The notes: generated by a model not told the origin, from the sequence alone. 34,560 bases of DNA from Octopus bimaculoides (GCF_001194135.2 NC_068986.1:114070755-114105314); one strand, 5' to 3'. Counted from the stretch's first letter, positions 1 to 12,200 are shown. Made by a program: numbers and translations.

Positions 1-13
1 ATATATACAAATG

Positions 14-46
<33 letters not shown>

Positions 47-53
47 ACAAATG

Positions 54-86
<33 letters not shown>

Positions 87-170
87 ATATGCATACATGT
101 ATATATATGTATATATATAAGTATGCATGTATGTATGCATGTATGTGTGTATGTATGTGTGTATATGCAA
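1..170. repeat. (TA)n microsatellite with two ATACAAATGT interruptions, grading into TGTA repeats
   Basis: Direct reading; explains ORF 11..250 (YIYI...). Confidence 0.95.
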
Positions 171-456
171 ATGTATTTCATTTCATTTTTGGTGCAGTGA
201 TTTATTACAAGTCGTGTCATAATTGGAAGGCATTTGTTGAAAGATTGTAGCGCGTGTAGGTGGTGGGTGGAACGTTGTAACGTTTCTGTCTTATCGAGGG
301 TAAAAAGTTCACCTAGCAACCACGTGTCTCCAAGTCTGAACCACGCAACAATATTTTGAGGTGTAGCTCTTCACCGTAGCTAGACTCACGTTGAGAAATC
401 CTAATGAGAGTGAAAGCTGCTATGCACACAGTGAACAAGAGTCCGTCATGACTTTG

Positions 457-497
<41 letters not shown>

Positions 498-1016
498 NNN
501 NNNNNNNNNNNNNNNNNNNNNNNNNNNNNNNNNNNNNNNNNNNNNNNNNNNNNNNNNNNNNNNNNNNNNNNNNNNNNNNNNNNNNNNNNNNNNNNNNNNN
601 NNNNNNNNNNNNNNNNNNNNNNNNNNNNNNNNNNNNNNNNNNNNNNNNNNNNNNNNNNNNNNNNNNNNNNNNNNNNNNNNNNNNNNNNNNNNNNNNNNNN
701 NNNNNNNNNNNNNNNNNNNNNNNNNNNNNNNNNNNNNNNNNNNNNNNNNNNNNNNNNNNNNNNNNNNNNNNNNNNNNNNNNNNNNNNNNNNNNNNNNNNN
801 NNNNNNNNNNNNNNNNNNNNNNNNNNNNNNNNNNNNNNNNNNNNNNNNNNNNNNNNNNNNNNNNNNNNNNNNNNNNNNNNNNNNNNNNNNNNNNNNNNNN
901 NNNNNNNNNNNNNNNNNNNNNNNNNNNNNNNNNNNNNNNNNNNNNNNNNNNNNNNNNNNNNNNNNNNNNNNNNNNNNNNNNNNNNNNNNNNNNNNNNNNN
1001 NNNNNNNNNNNNNNNN
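498..1016. other. Assembly gap flanked by (TA)n on both sides
   Basis: Run of N. Confidence 0.99.
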
Positions 1017-1040
1017 ATATATATATATATATATATATAT

Positions 1041-1140
1041 ACCGCTTCGCCACCACGTGATTGAAGGTTCAGTCTCACTGTATGGCACCTTAAGCAAGTC
1101 TCTTATTATAGGTATCATGGTGACCAGTGCCATGCGAGGT
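1041..1140 (+). mobile_element. Degraded 5' part of SINE family B
   Basis: GGTTCAGTCTCACTGTATGGCACCTTAAGCAAGTCTCTT resembles GGATTCAGTCCTACAGCGTGGCACCTTGGGCAAGTGTCTT at ~32891 and the reverse complement of ~11020-11065. Confidence 0.7.
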
Positions 1141-1217
1141 AATTATTTAGCAGCTATTTAGATCAGTCCCTCTTTCTCTATATATATCTACACACACATA
1201 CACATATGTATATATAC

Positions 1218-1361
1218 TACACGAGAAAGCTGAGGTTTGCTCTGAGCATTAATCAGTATACAGTGAGGATGAAGAACTGAGAGCTGTACGAGAACCTCAC
1301 AAAAGTTAGCTCGAAAATAAGAGAGAGGGGACTGAGGTTAGCTGGACATGCTCACCGTCAT
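1218..1361 (+). mobile_element. RTE-like LINE ORF2 C-terminal fragment (inactive)
   Basis: Translates YTRKLRFALSINQYTVRMKN*ELYENLTKVSSKIRERGLRLAGHAHRH, matching the RTE-type post-RT pattern YTRxLR..L...ELY..L..IS..IR.R.LR.AGH; one in-frame stop. Confidence 0.75.
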
Positions 1362-1505
1362 TTTGCGCGTCGTTATGTTCTGAGTTCAGATTCCACCAAC
1401 GTCGACGTTGCCTTTCATGCTTTTGGGGTCAATAAATTAAGTACCATTTGAACATTGGGGTCGATGAAATCGATTCATCTCCACCTCACCCAAACTGCCC
1501 TTGTG
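1360..1505 (+). mobile_element. SINE family A, 5'-truncated
   Basis: GTTCTGAGTTCAGATTCC (B-box-like) followed by TTGCCTTTCATGCTTTTGGGGTCAATAAATTAAGTACC...TGGGGTCGATG, shared with about 10 other copies in the window. Confidence 0.85.
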
Positions 1506-1999
1506 GAAAAAATTTCAAATAACTAAATACATACATATGTACGTACGTGTATATAAACTCTCATTACTGAATTCATATGTGGACTCCCTGCGATTCTTTG
1601 AGCATGCATGTATGTTTATATGGGTATCTGAGGTTTGTAAATCTAAACCGAGGTGTATTTATACTCCGAATCGTAAACGAAAATCACATTATGCTGTTTA
1701 CATACACATATACTGTACACATTTGACTTAAAGGACTGTGTGTGTGTGTTTATTGATAGAATCACATACAATTATGTAAACAATAAATAAATAAATAGAA
1801 CCAACCTCTGAGTAATATTAAGATTAATGTTGAAAGAGTAATGAAACAAATACCGGAAGTAGCTTATGAATTATGGCGTCTACAAGCGTATATATTGGCA
1901 GACATATTTCATTATAGAGAAAAAGTATTTTATCTCGTATAATGAGATATATCTTTGACATAAACTTTCAGATAAATTTGCTTGTTTCTGCGTATATAT

Positions 2000-2175
2000 A
2001 TGTATGCATGTATGTATGTACGTATGTGTGTATATGTATGTATGTATGTATGTATGTACGTACGTATGTTTATGTGTATGCATGTATGTATGTATACATG
2101 TAAGAAAATACAAACACACGCACACCCATATAAACATGCATACCTCTATACACATGCAAACACACACATACATAA
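2000..2175. repeat. (TGTA)n/(CA)n simple repeats
   Basis: Direct reading. Confidence 0.9.
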
Positions 2176-2179
2176 CTAT

Positions 2180-2435
2180 GACTCCGTCGATTACGACGAT
2201 CAGTTTTCAACTGATCCGATCAATGGAACAGCCTGCTGCTGGTAAAATCAAAGTGTAAATTGCTGAGCACTGCACTGACACGCATAGCCTTAACGTAAGT
2301 TTCGAGGAGATTCAGCATGACAGAAAATGTGACAAGGCAGGCACTTTAAAATACAGGAGCATTCCTACGGGAATTGAACCCACGACCTCACGATCATGAA
2401 CCAGATACCTTAACTACAAAAGTGCGTACCTTCAC
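2180..2435 (-). mobile_element. SINE family C with tRNA-like head, internally deleted
   Basis: Minus strand reads GTAGTTAAGGTATCTGGTTCATGATCGTGAGGTCGTGGGTTCAATTCCCG (A/B-box-like); its 3' part matches 18690-18842 (CAGGCTGTTCCRTTGATCGGATCA...GTCGT). Confidence 0.8.
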
Positions 2436-2699
2436 ACACGCACACATTGGTGTAGAGTGGTTGAAATAAAAGACTGCGCAACCGTGCTGACACAAGAAAC
2501 CTGAAGAAGCAGTACTAATATGCTAAAACTATTCCTCTATGTAATACAACTTCCTCCGCCGCAATCTTTCTCAAAGTTTATTATTATTTGAAAACAAGTT
2601 ACTGTCGGATAATCTCACCACATTCCAAAAGCAGTGATATTATAATGAGGTTTTTACCAAAAAATCCTTTGATATGATTGCATACATAAATGCACGTAC

Positions 2700-2789
2700 C
2701 TGTGTGTGGGGGGTGCTTGCGTGCGTGTGGGGGCATGTGTGTGCGTGAGTGTATGTATGTGTGTGTGCGTGCGCGTTTGTGTGTGAGAC

Positions 2790-2830
<41 letters not shown>
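2700..2830. repeat. (TG)n/(GC)-mixed dinucleotide repeat
   Basis: Direct reading. Confidence 0.9.
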
Positions 2831-2833
<3 letters not shown>

Positions 2834-2895
2834 ATAATAAGAATTATCCATCTGCATGATGGCTTTTTAAAATTTTTTTTCTTTCTATCGAACAG

Positions 2896-3044
2896 TCTTA
2901 TGAATCGATACGAGAAAGAGATGTCAGCCTTTGCCAAACAGAATCCGTGAGATGCTGAATCCAGGCCTCATATGTCATCGTCAACAAACTCACTACAATC
3001 TGAGATGTTAGTGAGAATCCCCGGAACACACAACCCCCTGCATG
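2896..3044 (+). other. Candidate spliced exon (149 nt), possibly 5'UTR plus short coding start
   Basis: Acceptor TTTTTTTTCTTTCTATCGAACAG| and donor ATG|GTAAGC. All three frames contain a stop, but ATG at 2972 reads MSSSTNSLQSEMLVRIPGTHNPLH into a phase-1 donor. Confidence 0.25.
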
Positions 3045-3437
3045 GTAAGCAAGTACCACCGTGGGGGACACTACACGTAGATGTAAACAGGTAACATACT
3101 AAGCTAAGTCCACCACCCAGCAGTACCTAGGTACAATAATGAGGTATACTGCACCCATTTTTATGAAGATACGACACTTCTAAATTGGTATCTACCTGGT
3201 TGTAATTGAGTACCAAAGAGAAGGGCAGAGCATCTATCTGTAAGTAAGTCCTAATCTGTTGAAGATAATTGCTACACTGCTCAATAGAGACTTAGTTGAC
3301 CAAGTTAAATGTCCGAGTGAGAGGATCTGACACAATTGTCCGGGGACAGACGACTGCATACGGCTGACTGCACATTTAGCGTTTTTAGTGCTCACGTAGA
3401 GAAATATGCACATAGAGATGAAGCGAGTGAGAGGATG

Positions 3438-3479
<42 letters not shown>
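3438..3479. repeat. (GA)n microsatellite
   Basis: Direct reading. Confidence 0.95.
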
Positions 3480-3482
<3 letters not shown>

Positions 3483-4599
3483 GTAGGTAGCACAGTAGAA
3501 CAGAGGCCACCAGACTCCAAATACTTAGCACACAGTAGCAGATTCTACAATTATAAACTGGCATCAGAAAGTAATAAACTAGTGAGGTGACGGTTTGCAA
3601 AGCGATGAATAGATTCCTGTGTTGCCAAAGGCTACCTACAACCTTCCTAGGCAGTTTCCCAGGAATGTATCCGGAATATACATAATCTAACCAAAACTAG
3701 GCATAAACATGCACAATGCATTGAGTGTTTGGATATCGCGGGTAGGGAGACACCCCATTAACATTTGCACCGTGTTCAGTATCGGAAGTGCATTCTGTTG
3801 AAGAGGGTGTCAGACAGACGTCTATGGCTAGAAACACTGGCCAAGCTTACAAAGATGATATAATTTAACCATTTTACTTTTATTTACCCACAATTACAGC
3901 GAAAAGGAAAAAGCCATTCACTTTTGCTCTTATTTCCACTCGCGAGCAAGGCCCAGTGGTCCGAAATATTAAATTGTTTACCCCATTAACTTACTGTTAA
4001 TGGTTATGTATTACAATATAATTTCCCTGTGCGTAGCGTGATCAGCATTTGAATTCTGTGTATCATTATTATTTATATCAGAAAGATCTCATGTTACCTT
4101 GTCATTCCCACCCGCATCTTTTTTCTTGTTTTGTACTCTTTTGTGATGAAAAGCCGTTAAAAATCACCGCAAAGCAGCATGGTGCAGTGAATAACAATCC
4201 AATGAAATTCAGTGCACCTCACTGAAGTGCAGTTTACATTTGTGCAATAAAAGCAAGTTGTTAGTGTTGTTATTTAGCTCAGGGCAAACCTAATCGTACA
4301 GATTTACCACCAAAAGTATTCCTGCCGTGATCAACCCGCCATTTTAGAGATACAGTGAACAATACATCCTTTCTGCCGAAGTCAAAGAGTGAGCTGACGG
4401 TGTTGTTACTGCTATATCTAGTAAGTCAAGCGACCACTTAAACATCAACCAGGGGTGTTTTGAAAGTACATAAGCAACTGTTGGACAATGTCTGTGCTGA
4501 AGATAGCAGTCAACTATTAATTTTGTGATTCTCTCAAATCGTTATTTTGGTCTCAGATTAAACCGACCTATCCTGTAATTTTTAGCACACGATCGCGCG

Positions 4600-4925
4600 C
4601 ACATACACGTACTCGCACACACACACACACACACGAGCTTGTATATGCATATATATATATGCATGTATATAAATAAGTAAGTATGTATGTATGTATGTAT
4701 GTATGTATGTATGTATAGATAGAGTTTGCAATTTGTATGTGTATATACATAAATGCATACATACTTGCTAACATACATACATACATACATACACACACAA
4801 ATGTATACATACATACATACACAAATGCATACATACATACATACACAAATGCATACATACACACATACACAAATGCATACATACAGAAATGCAGACATAC
4901 ATACATACATACATACACTCGTACA
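4600..4925. repeat. (CA)n, (GTAT)n and ACACAAATGCATACATAC-type low-complexity array
   Basis: Direct reading; explains ORFs at 4542-5099. Confidence 0.9.
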
Positions 4926-5379
4926 CTCGTATTTAAATAAGTTTGCCTGCGGGAAGGAAATGGTCCAACCCCAGCATAAACACTTCTTCGTTGATTCCAT
5001 GGAAACCTCAATAATAATGCGTAGCAGTGAGCGTTGCAGTAAGACTGCAGGATGCCTAAAGTAAGAGAGGAAGACTATAGACCAGACAATATTAGGCATA
5101 CAGCAGACAGCAGACGAATCGCTGGCGAAAAGTACAGAGAGTCAATGTTAACAAGAAATAATTAGGAAGCGTCTAGAAAATGTGGTGCTGCATGAAGCTT
5201 GAGGATGGTTTGAGCAGAAGACACTTGAAGTAAAGAGAGTTAATGTATGTAGACGTTTAGCTACAGTGTAATTTCTCGACAAGCCTACTTAAGACATTCT
5301 CAACACTCGCTAATAGTTTTCGCTAACTGTAATTATAGTCTTGCATCTGACGTCAGTAAAAAACTGTTGATGTCAGTGA

Positions 5380-6030
5380 TACATACATACATACATACAT
5401 ACATACATACACACATACATACACACATACGCACACACAGAGGCATATTCATATACACCGTGCGCGTATATATATGTAGAGACAGAAAATTAAGTACATG
5501 CATATAAATACATCTCTATGTGTTTGTATGTACGTACGTACGTACGTACGTATGCATATATATACATATATATATACATACATATATATATACATATATA
5601 CACATCTATATATACATACATATGTATACATCTACATATATGCATGTATGTATGTATGTATAAACATATACATATATAAACGCAGGCACATTGACACATG
5701 CATATATATATATTCGTGTAAGTGTGTGTTTTTGTGTATCTATACGTGTGTGTGTGCGTGTGTGTGCTAGTAAATGTAAGTTTAATTTCTCTGTTGTAAT
5801 GGTACATGTACCTATTTTCAAGTATATCTGTGTGCATGTCTATATATATACACACGTGTGTACGTGTGCCTATGTGCATGTATATATGTATACACGTATA
5901 CCTAAATATGCTTCTAGTTTCATACGAACGTCTATAAGCATATATTTATGAATGCATATATATATATACATATATATATACACATCAGTATGTGTGTGTG
6001 TGGGTGTGCGCGTGCGCATATGTATGTGTA
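5380..6030. repeat. Mixed TA/CA/TACG simple repeats
   Basis: Direct reading. Confidence 0.85.
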
Positions 6031-6343
6031 GCGAGAAACGTACACTCCACTGAATGGAATCGCTCATTCAACATCACGTGAATTACATAAGTAGTGAAGG
6101 AGGTTCTGTGTGTGTGTGTGTGATGTGGCAGCGGGGGTGGGGTTAGTTGGGGGTAAGGATGAGGCAGTGGTGGTGGTAGTGATAGGTGGTGGTAGAGGAG
6201 GTAAGGGGTGACGGTGTTCATCTACCATTCCATTCATATCATTTCCGTATGGTTTTTAAAAGAATAATGTGTAACAGGTCGGGGTAGTCACGGATGGGTT
6301 GGTTAAGAAAGAGAAAATGTAATATTACTATTGATAGTAACAG

Positions 6344-6631
6344 NNNNNNNNNNNNNNNNNNNNNNNNNNNNNNNNNNNNNNNNNNNNNNNNNNNNNNNNN
6401 NNNNNNNNNNNNNNNNNNNNNNNNNNNNNNNNNNNNNNNNNNNNNNNNNNNNNNNNNNNNNNNNNNNNNNNNNNNNNNNNNNNNNNNNNNNNNNNNNNNN
6501 NNNNNNNNNNNNNNNNNNNNNNNNNNNNNNNNNNNNNNNNNNNNNNNNNNNNNNNNNNNNNNNNNNNNNNNNNNNNNNNNNNNNNNNNNNNNNNNNNNNN
6601 NNNNNNNNNNNNNNNNNNNNNNNNNNNNNNN
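6344..6631. other. Assembly gap
   Basis: Run of N. Confidence 0.99.
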
Positions 6632-7170
6632 GGGGGGGGGGGGATGCTGGTGGAGGTCTCAGTTTGAAGACGCTGATGATGATGATGCTGAGGGTGTCGG
6701 CAGAGTGTGTGGTAGTTGTGGTTGTGGTAGTGATACTGGAGTTTTTACGAGGCGGTGGAGGTTATGGTATTATGAGTAGTTACGGCAGTGGCGGAAGTAG
6801 TGGTGGTGGTGGTGGCAGTAAACCTAGATGTTGTGGCCGTGCTGTTTCAATGCATGGACACACGAGGCAATTGCCCAGGGGCCACTCGCATCATGGGCCC
6901 CAATTCTCATCCATGTATGTTATGGTCTGCTCTCAATAAATAGATGCTACCGGGGTCAGAGGCACTGATTTTCCAGGAGGTGGGGTGGGGCTATAAAGCT
7001 GCTCCGACGGAAAATGTGTTGTGGTGATAGTACTCCTCGTGGTGGTTTGTGGTTGTTGCGGTGGTGGTTGATATTAGACGTGAAAGAGTGGTGATGAAGA
7101 TGTCGGTGGTGGTGGTGGTGGTAGTGGTGGTGGTGGTGGTAGTGGTGGTGGTAGTGGTGGTGGTGGTAGC
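6632..7170. repeat. GGT/GTA/GAT-rich cryptically simple sequence ending in (GGT)n(AGT) array
   Basis: Direct reading; strongest array at 7105-7170. Confidence 0.75.
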
Positions 7171-7885
7171 TGTTTTGATGTGAGCGCTGGCACCTTCAAT
7201 ATCATTAATAGTATATCTTAGACATCTACATTATTCAGTGTGTCCTTCCAGGTTTTAAAAAGGGCAGGTGACGGTTACTGAAAATTTGGCTGTCATTTCT
7301 AGCAAAGGAATTGACCTTGTCGGGGTGATGTTTATTGTTAAATGTTATAAATGGTGGGGCGTGGAGATAGTGAGGATGTGCAATGTAGAAGGGGATATGA
7401 AACTTATGAAACTGTCTAAGATTGAGGTCATAATATGCTTAAATATAAGCATAAATAAATATACAGAACAGATGTAGAGACACTCACATTCATAGATACA
7501 TACTTTCGGAGGAACGCGCATGCGCACTTGCAATTCACTTGCCGCAAAACGCTGTATGCGAGACCGATTTGTTTGAATTTATAAATAATTGTACAATCAC
7601 TGAATGATATCTACAATAAGAAAGAAAGAAAGAAAAAAACTCGTTCTTAATTTTCTAAAATACCTTACGGAAAAAAAAAGTTAATGAAAATCGATAGAAC
7701 GAATGAATAAATAAATAAATTGGATGGAGTTTAAGGCTTTTTGAGCTTTATTAGTTTGTGTATCATTTACGTACTTTCACAGCTAATAGACATGTACAGA
7801 CACACGGACACACACACACACAATTCTTTCTCTCTTTCCCCCTGTCTCTCTCCTCACATATACATACATATATATATATATATAC

Positions 7886-7926
<41 letters not shown>

Positions 7927-8544
7927 TACATATGAGTAGCATAGGATATGGGATGGGGATCATGCTGCTACCATAGTAAGCTCCCTATACGGACTCGGCT
8001 ATCCATCAATATACTAACCAATTACATAGCAGTGTTGTAAAGTGTCCATGTAACTGAAAATCCAGAACATCCAAGTGATGAAATTATTCTATGGGGAAAA
8101 TATAAAAACAAAAATTCCGGAAGTATCAGAGGTGAATACAGATATATTTAAGAACGTGTTTTTCATGGGATTACGGCCGTTTCGCGACCGTTTTGACATA
8201 ATATTAATTTCAGTATACAAGGAATTATGCGTATATTTTTGCGTTGATATGTATGTTCAGCCTAGTACAATACAGTTGTATATTCACAAATTAACGTAAA
8301 TAAATAAACTAGTTCATCAGATAACTGGAATACCATGATTACATCAACAGTTCAACTACTATATAGTGGCATAATTCACACTTTATACATGGAATGTATG
8401 GAAAGCGAGAACTGCAATGTATGGAAGGTCAAAATTAAGTTGATTTGGTTAGCATCAGAGTAAAGATATACTGTAGTTCTATTATTATTGAAAACATTTT
8501 CTTTGTATACGAACAGCCTCGTATCAGTGAAACTGGAAAGAAGA

Positions 8545-8900
8545 TAAGGGATTAACCATCCTTTAAGCAAAATAATATGAAGAAATAACAAAAGATACAA
8601 AAAAAAAATGATAAAGTAAAAATCAAATAACATAATAAGCAAATAATTTTTTTGTTTTGTTACTAAAGTAATTACACAGGTGGGTAGGCGGGGGGGTGAG
8701 AAAAACAGAGTCTACAGATGATTCTACAACAGTCATGAACGACCGCTTCAAGGCAGGAAGGTCAATTTAATAACAAGAAATTGTGTTCAACAACAAACTT
8801 TTATTGGAAGTCAACTAAGATCACCAGACACAGAAAGAATTTGGACTTTCAGGTATCCCCCACTCACATAAACCACACCGCAATAGGCTATTCATAGAGA
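8545..8900 (-). mobile_element. Probable Jockey/L2-type LINE 3' end, copy 1
   Basis: Shares blocks with 9463-9730 (TTAAGCAAAATAA, TAATTACACARGTGGGTAG, TTCAAGGCAGG, AGAAATTGTGT, GGAAGTCAA). Weak minus-strand translation NSFCV...IDLPALKRSF resembles LINE ORF2 ends (SF.PRT..LWN.LP...L..FK). Confidence 0.35.
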
Positions 8901-9462
8901 GAGTTAATCTGGACTACACGCATACACATACATATACACACACACGTATACACATATCTATAGCAACTAAGATAGAAAGTGTATATATTCTGAAACACGA
9001 ATACATAAATACACTTCTACATACAAATGCGAACATAAATTCACAATACATATATACACATATATATATACGTGCATACACATACACACACATACACACA
9101 CACATATATGTATATATATATACACACAAATAAATATATATACATAGATATATATGCATACACGTACATAAACACAAACATATACACACACACACAGCAA
9201 TAAGCGACAACTATATAACTACAGAACAAACTCCATGCTGTACAGACATTTATATATGGATACATTTAGACAAACAGAGAATCACACGCATGCGCACATG
9301 CGCGTGTGTATATCTGGATTCACACAAACCTATACATACTCTCACACATACTCTTTCAAAAATGCATATATATGCATATGTATATACATATGCATGCATA
9401 TACACAAACATATATATACCCAGTCACTCCATGTAGATTAAGATAACTTACTAGATAGAAAT

Positions 9463-9730
9463 TAAGGGATTCTCCATCCTTAATTTAAGCAAAATAACAA
9501 GAAATAGCAAAAGATAAAGAAAATAAATAAAATAAACAAATTGCAGATAAACATATGAGCAACTATAAAATGTTTTGCTAAATTAATTACACAAGTGGGT
9601 AGTCGGGAGATAAAACTGTTGATGGCTTAAAGATTCTACAGAATTCATGGATGACTGTTTCAAGGCAGGGAAGGTTAATGTAAGGACGAGAAATTGTGTC
9701 CTTCAATAATAAGCTTTTAGAGGAAGTCAA
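9463..9730 (-). mobile_element. Probable Jockey/L2-type LINE 3' end, copy 2
   Basis: Diverged paralogue of 8545-8814; minus strand reads LTSSKSLLLKDTISRPYINLPCLETVIHEF. Confidence 0.35.
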
Positions 9731-9974
9731 ATTCCTTCTCTGGATGATTTGTGACCATGATTGAAAGACATATGTATTCCCTACTACTACTGCTACTACT
9801 ACTAATACTACTACTGCTGNNNNNNNNNNNNNNNNNNNNNNNNNNNNNNNNNNNNNNNNNNNNNNNNNNNNNNNNNNNNNNNNAAATTCCTTCTCTGGAT
9901 GATTTGTGACCATGATTGAAAGACATATGTATTCCCTACTACTACTGCTACTACTACTAATACTACTACTGCTG
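9729..9974. repeat. Exact 91-bp duplication on both sides of a 64-N gap (probable assembly overlap)
   Basis: 9729-9819 is identical to 9884-9974. Confidence 0.9.
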
Positions 9975-10213
9975 TCACTACTACAACCACTACTATCACC
10001 TTTACCATGGTGCTCAACTGTCATAACTATTACCAACACTAACTGCTATCATTATCTCCATTACTACAACCCCTTCTCTGCCGTCACCACCCCCAACCAC
10101 AAAGTAATCAAGTCCTCTAGGTTTTACTTCACAACAGAAATAACCAGGTATGGATGAGAATCTTAACTAGGTGGAATGTTGATTAGTAGAGATATTACAT
10201 AACAGATGACAAC

Positions 10214-10244
<31 letters not shown>

Positions 10245-10489
10245 TGATCTGCTGATTAAAATGTTGACTTGGGAAAACAATAAGATAAAATCATAAAAGT
10301 GAATGCAATCTAACTTTCACTTGTGACTGTGTAAGGCTTATGTAAACACATGTCACTGTCTGGGTTTTAATCAGGTCAGATGGCAAAGACAAATCTTCAA
10401 AAGTGTGTTTCTTTGTTAGATAGAGAGATACATGCGTTGACCAATATGTACACACTTATTATAGGAAGCTTTGTATATGCGTAGCTACC

Positions 10490-10529
<40 letters not shown>

Positions 10530-10587
10530 CACATTTATATAAACATGTATATATATATGTATATATATGTGCGTATATATGTATATT

Positions 10588-10894
10588 TTATTATTTGTTT
10601 GTCATTTGACTGCGGCCATGCTGGAACACCGCCATTAGTCGAAGAAATCGACTCCCAGGACTTATTCTTTGTAAGCCTAGTACTTATTCTATCGTTCTCT
10701 TTTGCCAAACCGCTAGCTAACGGGAACTAAACACACCAACAGCGATTGTTTGGCGGGGGGATAAAGACAGACACACAAACATATACGCATATATATATAT
10801 ATATATATAATATAATATAATATAATATAAGATAAAATCTTTATAAGAATTTATCAAGTAGTCAGCGTGAAAAAACCTCATAATGAAAAAAACT

Positions 10895-10950
<56 letters not shown>

Positions 10951-11097
10951 GACGGGCTTCTTTCAGTTTCTGTCTATCAAATCCACTCACAAGGATTTGG
11001 TCGGCCCGAAGCTATAGTAGAAGACACTTGCCCAAGGTGCCACACAGTGGGACTGAACTCGGAACCATGTAGTTGGTAAGCTAGCTACTTAGCACAC
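10588..11097 (-). mobile_element. SINE family B, near full length, with expanded internal (TA)n microsatellite
   Basis: Both halves (TTTGACTGCGGCCATGCTGG... and ...GACACTTGCCCAAGGTGCCAC...) are reverse complements of the two halves of 32848-33250. Confidence 0.9.
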
Positions 11098-11640
11098 AAT
11101 GGTCTGATCAATAAGTATCCGGACTATTGCCAAAGTAACAAAGCTAAAGCACCCAGAGTGAAGCCGCTTGGCACAGATTGATCTTGAACTCTGCAGTGGA
11201 TGCGTAGTAAGTGTTGACGTTCTAGCTCACTTCTGCTGTTTACAGCAGAGCTTGAAAGGAACGTGTGTAGCGTGTGACCGTCGCGTTGACCATGAATCTG
11301 CATCAACTTTCGCCAAAAGCTTGGCGAACCTTGCTCAGAGGCCGACGCAGAGTTGCAGAAAGTATACGGAGAGGAGCTTATGAGCCGAAACAATGTCGAT
11401 AGTGACGAACGTTCTGGGAGACCCGCAACTAACAGAACTGAGAAAAACATCGCAGATCTGCGTGCAGCTGTGAGTGGAGAATCGTCGAATCACCATCCGT
11501 GTGTTATCAGGGGATGTGCAAATTAGTTACGGCTCAGTTCGGTCCATTATCACTGAAGATTTCAGTGCGAGACGTGTGTCTGCCAAATTTGCTAAAACTG
11601 ATTTCAGCTGACAGCGCACCTGTCCATTCGACGCAGCTTC
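11097..11640 (+). mobile_element. Mariner (Tc1/mariner) transposon, 5' portion, frameshifted and internally deleted
   Basis: TIR-like GGTCTGATCAATAAGTATCCGGACT at ~11101. Translation ICINFRQKLGEPCSEADAELQKVYGEELMSR...VDSDERSGRP...ENRRITIR...ISYGSVRSIITEDFSARRVSAKF matches mariner N-terminal HTH domains; then DSAPVH (cf. DNAPxH catalytic motif). No 3' TIR seen. Confidence 0.9.
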
Positions 11641-12088
11641 CATTTCCAAAGGTGCAACATTTACTATTTAAAACATCAAACCTGATGGAGAAAAAAGGAA
11701 ACAGTGAAATTCAAGTATGGTTTGTCACCAACGGAATAAAATCGGTGGGGCGGATGAAATGAAATCATCGACCGTAGTTTACAGATCTTCTCTAATACCA
11801 TTGTCTCTCTATAGTCTATACTGTTTATTAATGTTCAACACAATCTACAATCATCATTCATATATTTTAATGTCTCTTCTGTATTTCAAGACAACTCTGA
11901 ATATTATAGCATAAGCCATACAGGTAATACATGGTCTATAAAATCCCTGACTAACACTTTGCAAAACGCATCACAGTTATTCTACGCAATCAATTATCAT
12001 TAATGCAAAACAAGCCAACCTCGAGCGCTGTCACATGCATCAACACACTGCATATTATATAATCATTTCTTAAAACAATCGATTACAT

Positions 12089-12162
12089 TATTTACATATG
12101 GCGTAGTGGTTAAGTGCGCGTGCTACTAACCCAAAGATTCCGAGTTCAATTCCAGGTAGTAA

Positions 12163-12200
<38 letters not shown>

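Noticed and set aside
2948-2950. Selenocysteine or readthrough TGA joining MNRYEKEMSAFAKQNP to the downstream frame; weak HMG-box helix resemblance of RYEKEM
   Set aside because: No SECIS or selenoprotein motif is visible, and the resemblance is only about six residues.
12095-12166. Functional tRNA gene
   Set aside because: A and B boxes are present but acceptor and anticodon stems pair poorly, and it lies inside a TSD-bounded repeat, so it is a SINE head.
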